Positions 15,250 to 26,639 of a stretch of 64,000 bases of DNA are shown here, in pieces. The notes beneath the pieces were generated by a model. It worked only from the letters and a program-made list of their open reading frames with translations. It was not told the DNA's origin and ran no database searches. Position numbers and translations under genes: made by a program. The number at the start of each line of letters is the position of its first letter. Position 1 is the first letter of the stretch. Source of the DNA: Eledone cirrhosa (lineage: Eukaryota); contig OZ024741.1 of the NCBI GenBank assembly GCA_964016885.1, positions 202,926,001-202,990,000 of the forward strand, in the 5' to 3' direction.

Positions 15250-15545
15250 GAAGATGGCAGTTGTGTTATATGGTCTTGATTGTGTTAACTGGACGACAAT
15301 GGCACTTCAGAAGCTCTCTACATTCCAGAACCATATCCTAAGACTTATAACTAACAAATGACTCAGTGAACATATCTCTATCATTGCCAAGCTTAAACCA
15401 ATCACATCAGTTTTCAAGTCAAGAGTACTTAAGCTATATGGTCATATCAAAAGATCAACTCGTGGCGTGAGTAAGTTATGCCTAGAAGGCAAGTTAGCTG
15501 GTAAGAGAAGCATGGGTTTACTGCCAAAACGCTGGCTTGGTAATA
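15250..15545 (+). pseudogene. RTE-clade LINE C-terminal remnant
   Basis: KSRVLKLYGHIKRS..KLCLEGKLAGKRSMGLLPKRW resembles the RTE C-terminal motif GH..R..EG...GKR..GRP..RW. Confidence 0.7.
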
Positions 15546-15659
15546 CCTATAAAAATCTCTACAGAATAGATAAGATGTTATAGAAATTCATTAATGTATA
15601 TAAAATAAACTAACACATACACACACATATTACATGTCAACTTATGGATTAGACTTGAC

Positions 15660-15980
15660 CTTTGCTCTTTAAACTCTGCTGTTGGTGATCGAAATTTGTA
15701 GAGAAGAATATCTCATGTTGATGCGCAGTCTGCAACAGGCGGAGTGAACATCTAGGAGAGTGGCGAAGCCCATATACCTCCGGAAATGGAGATAAGAGGG
15801 AGATAGAGGAGAAGAGGGGAAGGGAGTAATGAGCCCCCAAAACCCTTATACTGGAATGATACTTTATCTATCGACTTCGAAAAGATGAATAGCAAAGTTG
15901 GCCTCGGCTTCATTTGAACGTAGAGTGCAGTGAACCGAAATAAATATTACAAATCCTTCTACCCGACGTTCTAATCCGAC
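15660..15980 (-). mobile_element. SINE family 1 (degenerate)
   Basis: tatcgacttcgaaaagatgaatagcaaagttggcctcggc core in reverse orientation. Confidence 0.65.
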
Positions 15981-17043
15981 TTTAACAATTGGACGCCTTT
16001 CTTGGTCTTCATGGAAACTAAGCATTTATGAAACAATCGCCGACGTAACATATACATATAACACATATTGTGTAGAGAAAAGAGGAGTAACAACAGAAAT
16101 TGTGAAAAAAAAACAAAAAAACAGCTAAAATTGGGATTACATAAAACAAACAAGGACCAAGCTCCTACACGTCCAATACGATACATATAACATGTGTGAA
16201 ACAGACAATGAAAAATAACAGCACTGAGAAGTGAAATTTTCAAGACTGGGCCAGAAAGGTTATTTTTATTGCGACGCTGAATGAAAGCTTTCTCAGCAGT
16301 AATTAAAGATTGAGTGATTATGAACGTGATATTAAGGTTAATCTGTTCCAGGCCAAAATGCTCATTAGGCCAGAGCGTTTTGTGGTTTCATGGGTGTTAG
16401 GTGATTATGGGTACAACATTTTCTTCTGAACAGGATGCTAGTCCATCGCATGGATTTAGTTTGCCATAAGACCAGAGGCTCATCAGGCAAGAGGTTTTCC
16501 CGATTTCGTTGGTGTTAAGTGACTGTTATAAAAAGACTCTTCCCTAGATGGGGCGCCAGTCCACTGCAAGTTTAACACCTATCTACTGCTACTGCTGGCA
16601 ATGATTTTCTGCTGAGTGGACTGGAGCAACGTGGAATTGCTTTGCCCAAGAACACAACGTCGCGCCACCTGGTTCAGGAATCGAGCTCACTACTTTATAA
16701 TGGTTAGCCAAATACCTTAACCAATAAGCCACACATTTTCGGGAATGTGGTATACAAGGACAATATTCAGTAATGTGATAATATAAGAAGCAAAGCACAT
16801 CATGGCTATTGACTGTAATATTAAGAGAATAATGATAATAATCATTTTTGGCATATGGAGATAAAATAACTCTCGAAGCTCTCCTGCGTCTGAACGAAAA
16901 TAGCCTCGTTGCTTTTGTTGGTCTAATGAGCTTATTTTATAGTCTTGTTATATTCTGACATAGATATCTGTACGTCTGATTGCCTGCCAATTTGGTCGAT
17001 CTCTCTCCCCACCTCTCTCTCTCTCTCTTTCTTTCTTCCCATC

Positions 17044-17114
<71 letters not shown>

Positions 17115-17373
17115 TCATGTATATGCATTTATGTATATATACTTATGTATATGTATATATGTGTATGTATATGTATATATACGTATGTATATGTATATAT
17201 GTGTATGCATATGTATGTATATGTATGTATATATATATATATATGCATGTCTCTCCCCCTCTCTCCCCATCTCGCTGTCTCTCTCTCTGGGTAGGTTATG
17301 GTAATAAATTAATCAAAACATGTAGGATTTCTGCACGGCTGGACGTACACAACTAGTATTTCACTTTTAGAAA

Positions 17374-17441
<68 letters not shown>

Positions 17442-17469
17442 CATTCTCACTAATATGTATCTCTCTCTC

Positions 17470-17594
<125 letters not shown>

Positions 17595-17994
17595 GTGTGT
17601 GTTTGTGTGAGTGTATATATATATATATATATATAGTTCATTAATACTTCTCACATTTTTACATTCAGGTTGAGTGAGAAACAGATATTAGTGGTTTTGG
17701 TCTGTTGTGTTTTCCATTTTGATCAAGTGGAGCATAACAGGGGTGACTAATTAAAGTTGAAACATATTTCGGCATCATGTTAGTATAAGGGGAAGGTAAT
17801 ACAGAGAAAAAAAGTCACAACATATTTCGGCATCATATTAGTGAAAGGGGGAGGTTTACATTCACAGCGAAAGTCACAATCTTAAGGAGTCGGAGAACAG
17901 TAACAAGAATATTTAGCAATACCAACGAACTTCCTGTATGTGCACTTCAATACATTTCAGAAAAATAACATCTTGAGAATAATACAAGCTGCAG

Positions 17995-18061
<67 letters not shown>

Positions 18062-18532
18062 ATTAGTAATAGGTTTCTGTTACCCGAGTCTATGAATCTT
18101 AGTAACATGGATCGAGGACTATTTCAGCATACAGTTGTTTCTGACTCAACACATGGACTTCTGGTTGAAGTTGTTCTTAGGATGATCTTCAGAAGGTAGC
18201 GCAAACGATAATCCATTGAATAATTAGAATTAGACAATAAGTTACACGAATTCACCGTTCACTGTAAAAGAAGGAGGAACATTTATTATATAATGTTTAC
18301 ATACGTTTCATCAATATGTGAAGTAAATACAAGTGACTGAAATAGGATTCCTATGAAGGGCCTTTGGAGTAACGTTACTCGTTAGAGCTAGTGGCTGGAT
18401 AACATACATGAGCTCGGTTGGTCTCGCTTGGGGATCCACATCAACTGGTTACGGATGCTTCTGACAGGACACACTAGAAGGCATACTTAAGGACTCCGCC
18501 ACTAAAACCCTCTCAGGAATATGTGGGCAAAA

Positions 18533-18566
<34 letters not shown>

Positions 18567-18793
18567 TATAAACGTAAGTATGTATGTATGTATACGTACA
18601 TACATATATGTATACAGACGTACAGTAGTATGTATATATATACATACATGCACACATATATATATATGCACGTATCGGTTTACCGAACATTTATTATAAT
18701 GCTCGGTTTGTTTGAAAACAAACAAACAGCCCGAATTACGTCGTACAGTGTTTAGGCAACCACGTCACTTTTTTGTTCAACACTGACACAGGA

Positions 18794-18836
18794 ACGATGT
18801 ACTAGTTTCCAGCTTATTAGCTATCGTCAGCATCGT
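18794..18836 (-). ncRNA. Minimal type I hammerhead ribozyme (intact core)
   Basis: acgaug-CUGACGA-UAGCU aaua AGCUG-GAAAC-UA-GUA-caucgu: 6-bp stem I, 5-bp stem II, palindromic ACUAGU stem III. Confidence 0.9.
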
Positions 18837-18929
18837 ATACCTTCCTGCCAGATGGTTGAACGTCTGAAAGTATATACTTTCCTTATGCATATTAACGGCT
18901 GAGCAGCCTAATTTGCATATCGAGTGAGT

Positions 18930-19252
18930 TTAGATAGTAGCGAGATGACATTCTTTCGCAGCTGGCAACAATGTGGCTTACATCCTCGATCTTTGTTTTA
19001 CATAGCCTACATTTATTGTCAGCTGATGGCCCTCCCCTTTTGTGCAGCAGATATTTAGTAGGGAGTTCTTGTTCCTGTATTGCATAGAGATATCCCTCAA
19101 GGTGTGATGTCATAAACTTGTCGGAACTCCATGCCAGGCTTTTTGAGTGGTTTATCCCCTCTATGGTCTGTGTTTTACGTCTCAAGTATCCATGCACAAC
19201 CTTTTCTGTAAATTGGTCAATTTTTCATCTTGTTTGAACATTGAATATGATT
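18930..19252 (-). pseudogene. R4/Dong-like non-LTR retrotransposon copy 1, distal part (CCHC finger)
   Basis: HGYL..EGYLYAIQEQELPTKY..KCRLCKTKIEDVSHIVASC; continues the 24791-26328 part across the Gypsy insertion. Confidence 0.9.
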
Positions 19253-19620
19253 TGAGGCAGGCGATGGTCGTCAGTCATCTCGTCTAATTGGTTATTATTT
19301 AGTGGCACATAGTCAAACAAGGAATAAAGAACATACCTCTATTTTATGTTATAAAAACATTTTTTATATAGGAGCAATTACAGAATATATACAAATACAT
19401 TAATGCTCCTAGGTTGGAATATATTTAAGTCATCATATACTGCCGCATGGTGTGATGTCATCCTTTGGATCACTGCATGATTATAGCACGTCTATTGTCT
19501 CCGAGCTCTCATTGTCCAAGTGTTATTGTCTCAGTTACTGACGTCAGAACGTGATGTCAGAACTAAGGGCAGTTAATCGACTGCCTTCACAGTCGACGCT
19601 AGATGACGTGATCTTCTACA
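19253..19620 (-). repeat. 3' LTR
   Basis: TG...CA termini; 12 mismatches against 24423-24790 by manual count. Confidence 0.95.
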
Positions 19621-19640
19621 TGGCCTCCCACCAGATTTTT
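19621..19640 (-). promoter_or_regulatory. Polypurine tract
   Basis: aaaaatctggtgggaggcca immediately before the TGT of the 3' LTR. Confidence 0.7.
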
Positions 19641-19886
19641 AGAAAATTAAATAAAAATCGGTTCATCGAATCATGTATGTAGAAAAACCGATTAGCAACC
19701 ATCAAAAATCCCAAACCAAGGAGCAATCAGCCCAACCGAGCCTGAAGGGCACAAGACATTTCAAAAATACATATTAAACAAGCATTCAAGAACGTGAAAG
19801 GAAAAAACAAATGTAATAAAATGTAAATACAATTTCCTAAAAGTTCCAAAAGTCACTACAGGATTAAAGCACCGCACAATAGCAGT

Positions 19887-22800
19887 TTAAAAATATACCA
19901 TGTTACAGTTTTTTGGGCCAATGAACCCTCCGACCGGAACGGGTCGTAGTCTTATATCTTGGTGATGGGGGGGGGGGGGGAGAAACAGGTGTGTTTGCAA
20001 AAGAGAAAGATGGGGGTGTGTGTGAGCATCTGTGTGGGCCCGTTTAAGTCTATCAACCGCAATGGTCTCTCTGGATCCCTTAATGTCTACAGTGAAATGT
20101 TTATCAGAACGAGCCAACACACGGTAGGGTCCAGAGTACGGTTGTGTGAGAGGTGGTTTCACGGCATCGTTTCTCACAAACACATGGGTCCACGAGGCAA
20201 TATCCCTCGGGACTGCACATTTTACAGTTTGCTTCCTCGTATCCATCGGCGGCAGGTCCTGAAAATAAGAACGCAGACGGGATACGTAGGAAAGCGGATC
20301 TTGTGCAGCAAGATCGACAGGGGCAAGCATTTGTCCAGGCAACGCTAGAGGAGCACCATACAATAATTCGGCCGAGGAGAACCCAAGGTCCTCATTTATT
20401 GATGACCGAATCCCCAACAACACAATAGGGAGGTACTCGCTCCAACGCGTAGAGTCAGAAGTTCGTAGAGCGGCTTTTAGTTGTCGGTGGAAACGCTCCA
20501 CCATTCCATTAGAGGCAGGATGATATTCAGTCGTTCGGATGCGTTTAGCGCCGATGATTTTTGTGAATTCATGGAAGAGATTCGATTAAAACTGTCTTCC
20601 ACGGTCCGTTGTAATCGTGGTTGGCACTCCAAAGCGGGCAATCCATCCTGATACTAGGGCACGCGCTGTCGTTTCAGCAGTGATGTCTTTCAAGGGGATG
20701 GCTTCAGGCCATCGCGAAAAACGATCAATAACAGTCAATAGATAAGTATGACCACCACTGACTGGCCAAGCTCCCACGATGTCTACATGAATGTGCCGGA
20801 AACGGGCGTCCGGTGTACTGAACGTACCGAGCGGAGCATTAACGTGTTTATGGATTTTCAATTTCTGGCAAGCAATGCAGGAACGGCACCAAGCAGTAAT
20901 ATCGCGCCTCATATTTGGCCAGAAGAATCTGGCTGTTATGAGCTTTACTGTGGCAGAAGATCCTGGGTGGGAAATGTTGTGTAAAGCAAGAAACACAGTA
21001 CGACGATGGGTTAGCGGGACGAATGGTCTCGGTGAATCCAGGGAAACGTCGCAGAGAATCTGTCCGTCTGTGGTGGGCAATGGCAGGTATTTCAAATTAC
21101 TCGTCGCAAATTCGGCTGATGTAATATCCAACGATTTCAGTGCAGGTTGGTCTGCTGCCAAGTGATTTAAATCGATGTCGTGGGATGATGCAATTGAACT
21201 GATCTTCAATCGAGACAGGGCGTCAGCTGCTGTGTTTAATGAGCCTGGAATGTGTTCGATGTCGTTTGTGAATTGCGAGATTAAGTCGAGATGCCTTGTT
21301 TCTCTGGGCGAGTACTTGTCGGACTTTACCCTTAAAGCGAAGGTCAAAGGTTTATGGTCAGTATAGATAGTAAAACACCTTCCTTCGAGCATATGTAAAA
21401 AATGTTTCACGGAAAGGTAGATGGCTGACAGCTCCCGGCCAAAAGTAGCGAGTTTCTGCAGGCTTCAACTTCCTAGAGAAAAATTCCAATCGTTGTTGGT
21501 GATCGTCACTACTCTGTTGTAAGACTGCACCCACTGCAGTATCCGACGCATCAACACAAAGCGAAATCTTGGCATTGGACACTGGGTGGGCCAGCAAAGA
21601 TGCACTAGCCAATGCTGATTTGGCTTTTTGAAAATTCTCGAGCTGAGTCTCTGAGTCAAAGAGATGTCCTTATTTTTCTTGCGGCAATTTTTCAGAATCT
21701 TAGTAAGAGAGAAGAGTAGATTAGCACAATGCGGAACAAAACGTCCATAGAAATTTATCAGTCCTAGGAATTGTCGCAACTGACGAAGTGAGGTCGGCGG
21801 AGGCAAATCCTCTATAGCCTGAACTCGTTGAGGGAGGGGTCGAATACCCTCGGAGTCAATTACATGACCTAAAAATTCAGCGATTCCGCACCGAAAACAC
21901 ATTTTGACGTATTTATTTGAACACTGTAATCCTTGAGTCGACAAAACAAAAGATTCAAATGACGTATGTGTTCTTCTCTGGAGGAACTAGCAATAAGCAG
22001 ATCATCAATATAAGTGTAGACGAAGTCTAAACCACGAGTGACTTCATCCATGAACCGTTGAAAGGTGCTAGCTGCATTCCTAAGTCCGAAAGGCATGGTA
22101 AGAAATTCGAATGATCCAAATGGAGTCGTAATGGCCGTTTTCGGAATATCTTCTTTCTTGACAGGAATCTGATGATAGGCTCGCACGAAATCGAGCTTCG
22201 AGAATATTTTACATCCCTGCAATGACGATGCAAAATCTTGCAGGTGTGGAATAGGATATCTATCCGGGACAGTTATAGCATTTAACTTCCTATAATCCCC
22301 AGTGGGTTTCCAGTCGCCAGAAGTCTTGGGTACCATGTGCAACGGAGAAGCCCAAGGGCTCGTAGAAGGGCGAATTATACCTAGCTGCAGCATGTGGTCG
22401 AACTCGGACCGTGCTGCCTTCAATTTGTCCGCAGGCAAGCGACGAGGGCGTGAGAACACTGGGGCGCCAGTTGTAGAGATAAAATGCTCCGTTGTGTGAG
22501 TTGGTTCGACAACTCGAAAATTTCCCTGAGTAGGCTGTGGGAAAGAATTCATTAATGTATGATAGGGATTCCCAGCATTAGCGATGAAAAAGCTCGGGCT
22601 AACTGTTGGAAAATTAGCTTTCTGGCCACGAAGAGAAAAACCAGTAATGTCGTCTACTAGGCGTCGGTTACGGACGTCCACCGTCAATGCCAAATGGTGT
22701 AGAAAATCCGCTCCCAAGATCGGATATGGTAGGTCAGCAACCGTAAAAATCCATTTGAATTCTCGTCGAAGATTTCTGAATTGAGGAGGAAGCGAGATTT

Positions 22801-22960
22801 GTCCAAAAGTCCGTATCGGCGAATGATTGACAGCTTGTAGATTCATTGATGAGTCAGGAGGAGTTACTGTCATACAATTGACAGGCCAAATACTGCATGA
22901 AGCTCCTGTGTCTACAAGGAAGGCTCTTCCAGACAGGAGGTCCTCTATGAAGAAATGGCG
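19887..22960 (-). pseudogene. pol: Gypsy pol (protease, RT, RNase H, integrase), frameshifted
   Basis: FLVDTGAS; [32 protein letters not shown]; CVDASD..YTDHKPL; [48 protein letters not shown]. Confidence 0.95.
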
Positions 22961-22995
22961 GTTTTGTTGTGTCTCCCAGAGTTCACTTGCCGCCT

Positions 22996-23767
22996 TTAGT
23001 GACTCTGATCTACATTTCCCGAAGCTGAATATTTACATGGAGGCCGGCAATGTTTTGCCTTATCCGCGAAGGTGGCATGATACCAGCAAAATAATGTATT
23101 GCTGGCGGGCGAAGTAGTATGCTGACGTGGAGTCGCGAAAGAACGCGAACGACTCCTAGGCCGCCATGAATACGGCCTATTCTCCCTGCATAATCGAGCG
23201 ACTTGCTGCGTCAAAGCGTCAATAGCCTTCAACATGGCATCCTCGCGTCTCGAGACGGGCTGGTTCAAATGAGAGGAAGAAATATGCGAGTCCGAGGCGG
23301 TAGCCTTTTTAGAAAATGCCACGATTCGATCCGCGGAGGCAGCAATTTGCTCCAAAGAGCTGGTGTCCACTATATTTGCCAAAATAATTTGGACGTTGTT
23401 TGGCAGGCGAGAGAAAAATACTTGTTTAATAAAGGAATTATCCTGTTCAGGCGATTCACTGAGGTCCCTAATGTGGCGGAGAAATTCGGACAGCGACCTA
23501 TCGCCTAGATACTCATCCTCCAACAATGAACGAAATCTGCTCTCAGCAGAACGACTGTTCCTTCGAAGAATTTCTTCCCGCAACGAATCATAGGAAATAC
23601 CGGCCGACGGTTTCGTAATCAAATCTTTCACTGTTATAGCGAGTGAAGAAGGAATACCACTTATCAAAAAGTTGAGCTTTTTCTTGGTTTTTACTTCGTT
23701 GGCAGCAAAATAAGCGTCTAGCTGCGCAAACCAGAGTTTAGTATCACCTGAGAACGCAGGCAAACCA
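22996..23767 (-). pseudogene. gag: Gypsy gag
   Basis: LPAFSGDTKLWFAQLDAYF..LGDRSLSEFLRH..FFSRLP..CWYHATFADKAKHCRPPC. Confidence 0.9.
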
Positions 23768-24402
23768 GAAGTAGTATGCTGACGTGGAGTCGCGAAAGAA
23801 CGCGAACGACTCCTAGGCCGCCATGAATACGGCCTATTCTCCCTGCATAATCGAGCGACTTGCTGCGTCAAAGCGTCAATAGCCTTCAACATGGCATCCT
23901 CGCGTCTCGAGACGGGCTGGTTCAAATGAGAGGAAGAAATATGCGAGTCCGAGGCGGTAGCCTTTTTAGAAAATGCCACGATTCGATCCGCGGAGGCAGC
24001 AATTTATTACCACATGGACGAATAAAAGTAAGTAATGTTCAAAACGACGGGAAAACAGCACAATTTTCCCTAAACATCCATTAAGTTGCCGCAAGCAAAA
24101 GAAATTCAGTCACAGTACAAGAAATAGCAGCGAAAATCCAAAAGGTGGAATTTGTGGAACAAGATAGCCATTATCAAACAAGATGGCGTCGCATTTCTTT
24201 TCCAAAACAAGAATATGGTCGCGTGACGAGGCTAAGCCAATCAGATGGCTGTATTTGAAGAAAGACAATGTGCAGGAATGTTAGCTGGCCAGTCAGCAAT
24301 ATTGAAAAAAAAATTTTTTTTTTCTTTTTTTTTTTTGTGTAATACGAACAATTTTCAATTTAAAACGAATGGCGAAATTAAGAAGGCTGCGTTTTCATAT
24401 TT

Positions 24403-24420
24403 AATCATCGAGGGTCACCA
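24403..24420 (-). promoter_or_regulatory. Primer-binding site, tRNA-Trp-like
   Basis: TGGTGACCCTCGAT 2 nt after the 5' LTR; the eukaryotic tRNA-Trp complement is TGGTGACCCCGAC. Confidence 0.75.
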
Positions 24421-24422
24421 CT

Positions 24423-24790
24423 TTAGGCAGGCGATGGTCGTCAGTCATCCCGTCTAATTGGTTATTATTTAGTGGCACATAGTCAAACAAGGAATAAAGA
24501 ACATACCTCTATTTTATGTTATAAAAACATTTTTTATATAGGAGCAATTACAGAATATATACAAATACATTAATGCTCCTAGGTTGGGATATATTTAAGT
24601 CGTCATATACTGCCGCATGGTGTGATGTCATCCTTTGGATCACTGCATGATTATAGCACGTCTATTGTCTCCGAGCTATCATTATCCAAGTGTTATTGTC
24701 TCAGCTACTGACCTCAGAATGTGACGTCAGAACTAAGGGCAGTTAATCGACTGCCTTCACAGTCGACGCTAGATGGCGTGATCTTCCACA
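24423..24790 (-). repeat. 5' LTR
   Basis: Direct repeat of 19253-19620. Confidence 0.95.
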
Positions 24791-26328
24791 GGATCTTCCG
24801 ATTTCTCTGGGTGAGAGATTTATATCAGGCTTTATTCCATATTTCTCCTCCAGATCAGTGGCTATTCTAATGATATTTTTTTTTCATGCTCATAAACCTG
24901 GGCAAGATGGTTCCCAACCTTTTTCCTCTGTTGAAGATGTTGCTTCAGTGTTACTATCCGGGTCTTATATGATGTTAATATGGATTTTAGACCCCGGCCA
25001 CCTTCCTTGCGTGAGAAGTATAGCCTATCCACATCACCATTGATGTTAAAGTTCCCAGTAACACTGAGAAGTTTGCGAGTTCTAACATCCATCTCACTTA
25101 GTTTTTGCAATGACCAGTTCAGCAGGCCAAATGTTGGCGTTAGAATTGGCACATCATAAGTATTGTGGGTAATGTATTTGTTGTATGCTAACAGTTCTGA
25201 TGACCATATTTTCTTTACTCTTCTGAGGTATTCAGTTCTGGTTTTCTCCTTATTTATGGGTCTATCATCTCTGATATTCTCATCCTGTCCAAGATATCTG
25301 TAGTTGTCCCCTGACTGTAGAGGTTGTATTGTCAGGCCGTTCATCTCTAGATTTCTAGAGGAGGGCACAGCTCTTCCACGTTTTACTGCGAAATATGCAC
25401 ACTTGGACTCACCAAATTTCATTTTGATGTCTGTTGAAAATTGTGTAATGAGGTCCAATTGTTTCTTGATATCATTGATATTTGGCCCATACAACTTCAG
25501 GTCATCAGCAAAGAAAAGATGGGAGATACTTCTGGACCCACTTCTTTGTCCACCTTGTTAAGGATCAAATTGGTGTACCATTTGTTGGTCAGACATTCAA
25601 CAGCAGCTACCAGTGGTTGTGGGACTTTGGCTAATTGTAAATCCTTAACAATCCACCCATGAGGTACAATATCAAATGTTTTTTGATAGTCCAGCCACAC
25701 CACAGTCATGTTTCTGCGATTCTTTGTTGTTTTTACTTGAATCATTTTATTAGTTAGTAGGTGATCTATGCAACCCCACACCTCCCTTTTACCACCAGCT
25801 TGCTCAGGTGTTATGATGTTGTTGGTAGCACAGTGATCCTCTAAGAACAGGTTAAGGCACCCAGTATATAATTTATAAATTATGTTTTGGCAGGCTATTG
25901 GGCGGTAAATTTTAGCAAGGGTGGTTTGGCTATTTTGGGGAATGAGGAGAGTAGTGGCAGTTGATAACCATCTGGGCAGTTCTTGTGTGCCTTTAATGGT
26001 TTCTGTAAACAGCCGTATGAGATCTTGCCGATAGAAAGTGAAATTCTTCAACCAGTATCCTGTAATGAGGTCTGTAGAGCTGTTTCCAGTATTGACCCAT
26101 CTATGCCATATTGTTTTGTCTGGACATGTTGGCAGTAGTCCTGTTCCAGTTCTTTTAGCCAATCAGTTTGTCTGTTGAATCCGTCATCCGTTTCCCATAC
26201 AGATCTCCAGTAGCTCTCAACCTGTTCTTTTGAAGGGGTGTCATTTACAGAGATTGAGCTTTTGCCAGCGAAGCTGCGATGAACTGATTTAGGATCTCTG
26301 GCAAACAATCTATTTAGCACTTGTCGTT
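24791..26328 (-). pseudogene. R4/Dong-like LINE copy 1, RT region (5'-truncated, internal deletion)
   Basis: YRPIACQNIIYK..EQAGGK..WLDYQKTFDIVPH..MKFGESKC..YRYLGQDE..DVDRLYFSRKEGGRGL. Confidence 0.92.
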
Positions 26329-26397
26329 TATGTATGTATGTATGTATGTATGTATGTATGTATGTATGTATGTATGTATGTATGTATGTATGTATGT
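26329..26397. repeat. (TATG)n microsatellite between two R4-like LINEs
   Basis: About 17 perfect units. Confidence 0.95.
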
Positions 26398-26639
26398 TCT
26401 TCTGGTTTTATAATTTCACAAAGTTTTACCAATAGAGAGAGAGTCGGTTTCTAACGTAGACACAAGACTCTTTCATTGGAATTTACACAACATCAACTAG
26501 GTAGGTATGTATGTATGCATGCATGTGTAGATATGGATGTTAATGTATGTGTGGATGTTTTGAGTTGTATGTGTGCATGTGTATATGCTTTGTATCTGTA
26601 CATGTCTATATGCAGTTATTAGAGTCAAAATGTTTGGAA

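Larger units (their letters stand above)
19253..24790 (-). mobile_element. Ty3/Gypsy LTR retrotransposon, full length, degraded
   Basis: Two 368-bp LTRs, PBS, PPT, and gag-PR-RT-RNaseH-IN domain order. Confidence 0.97.
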
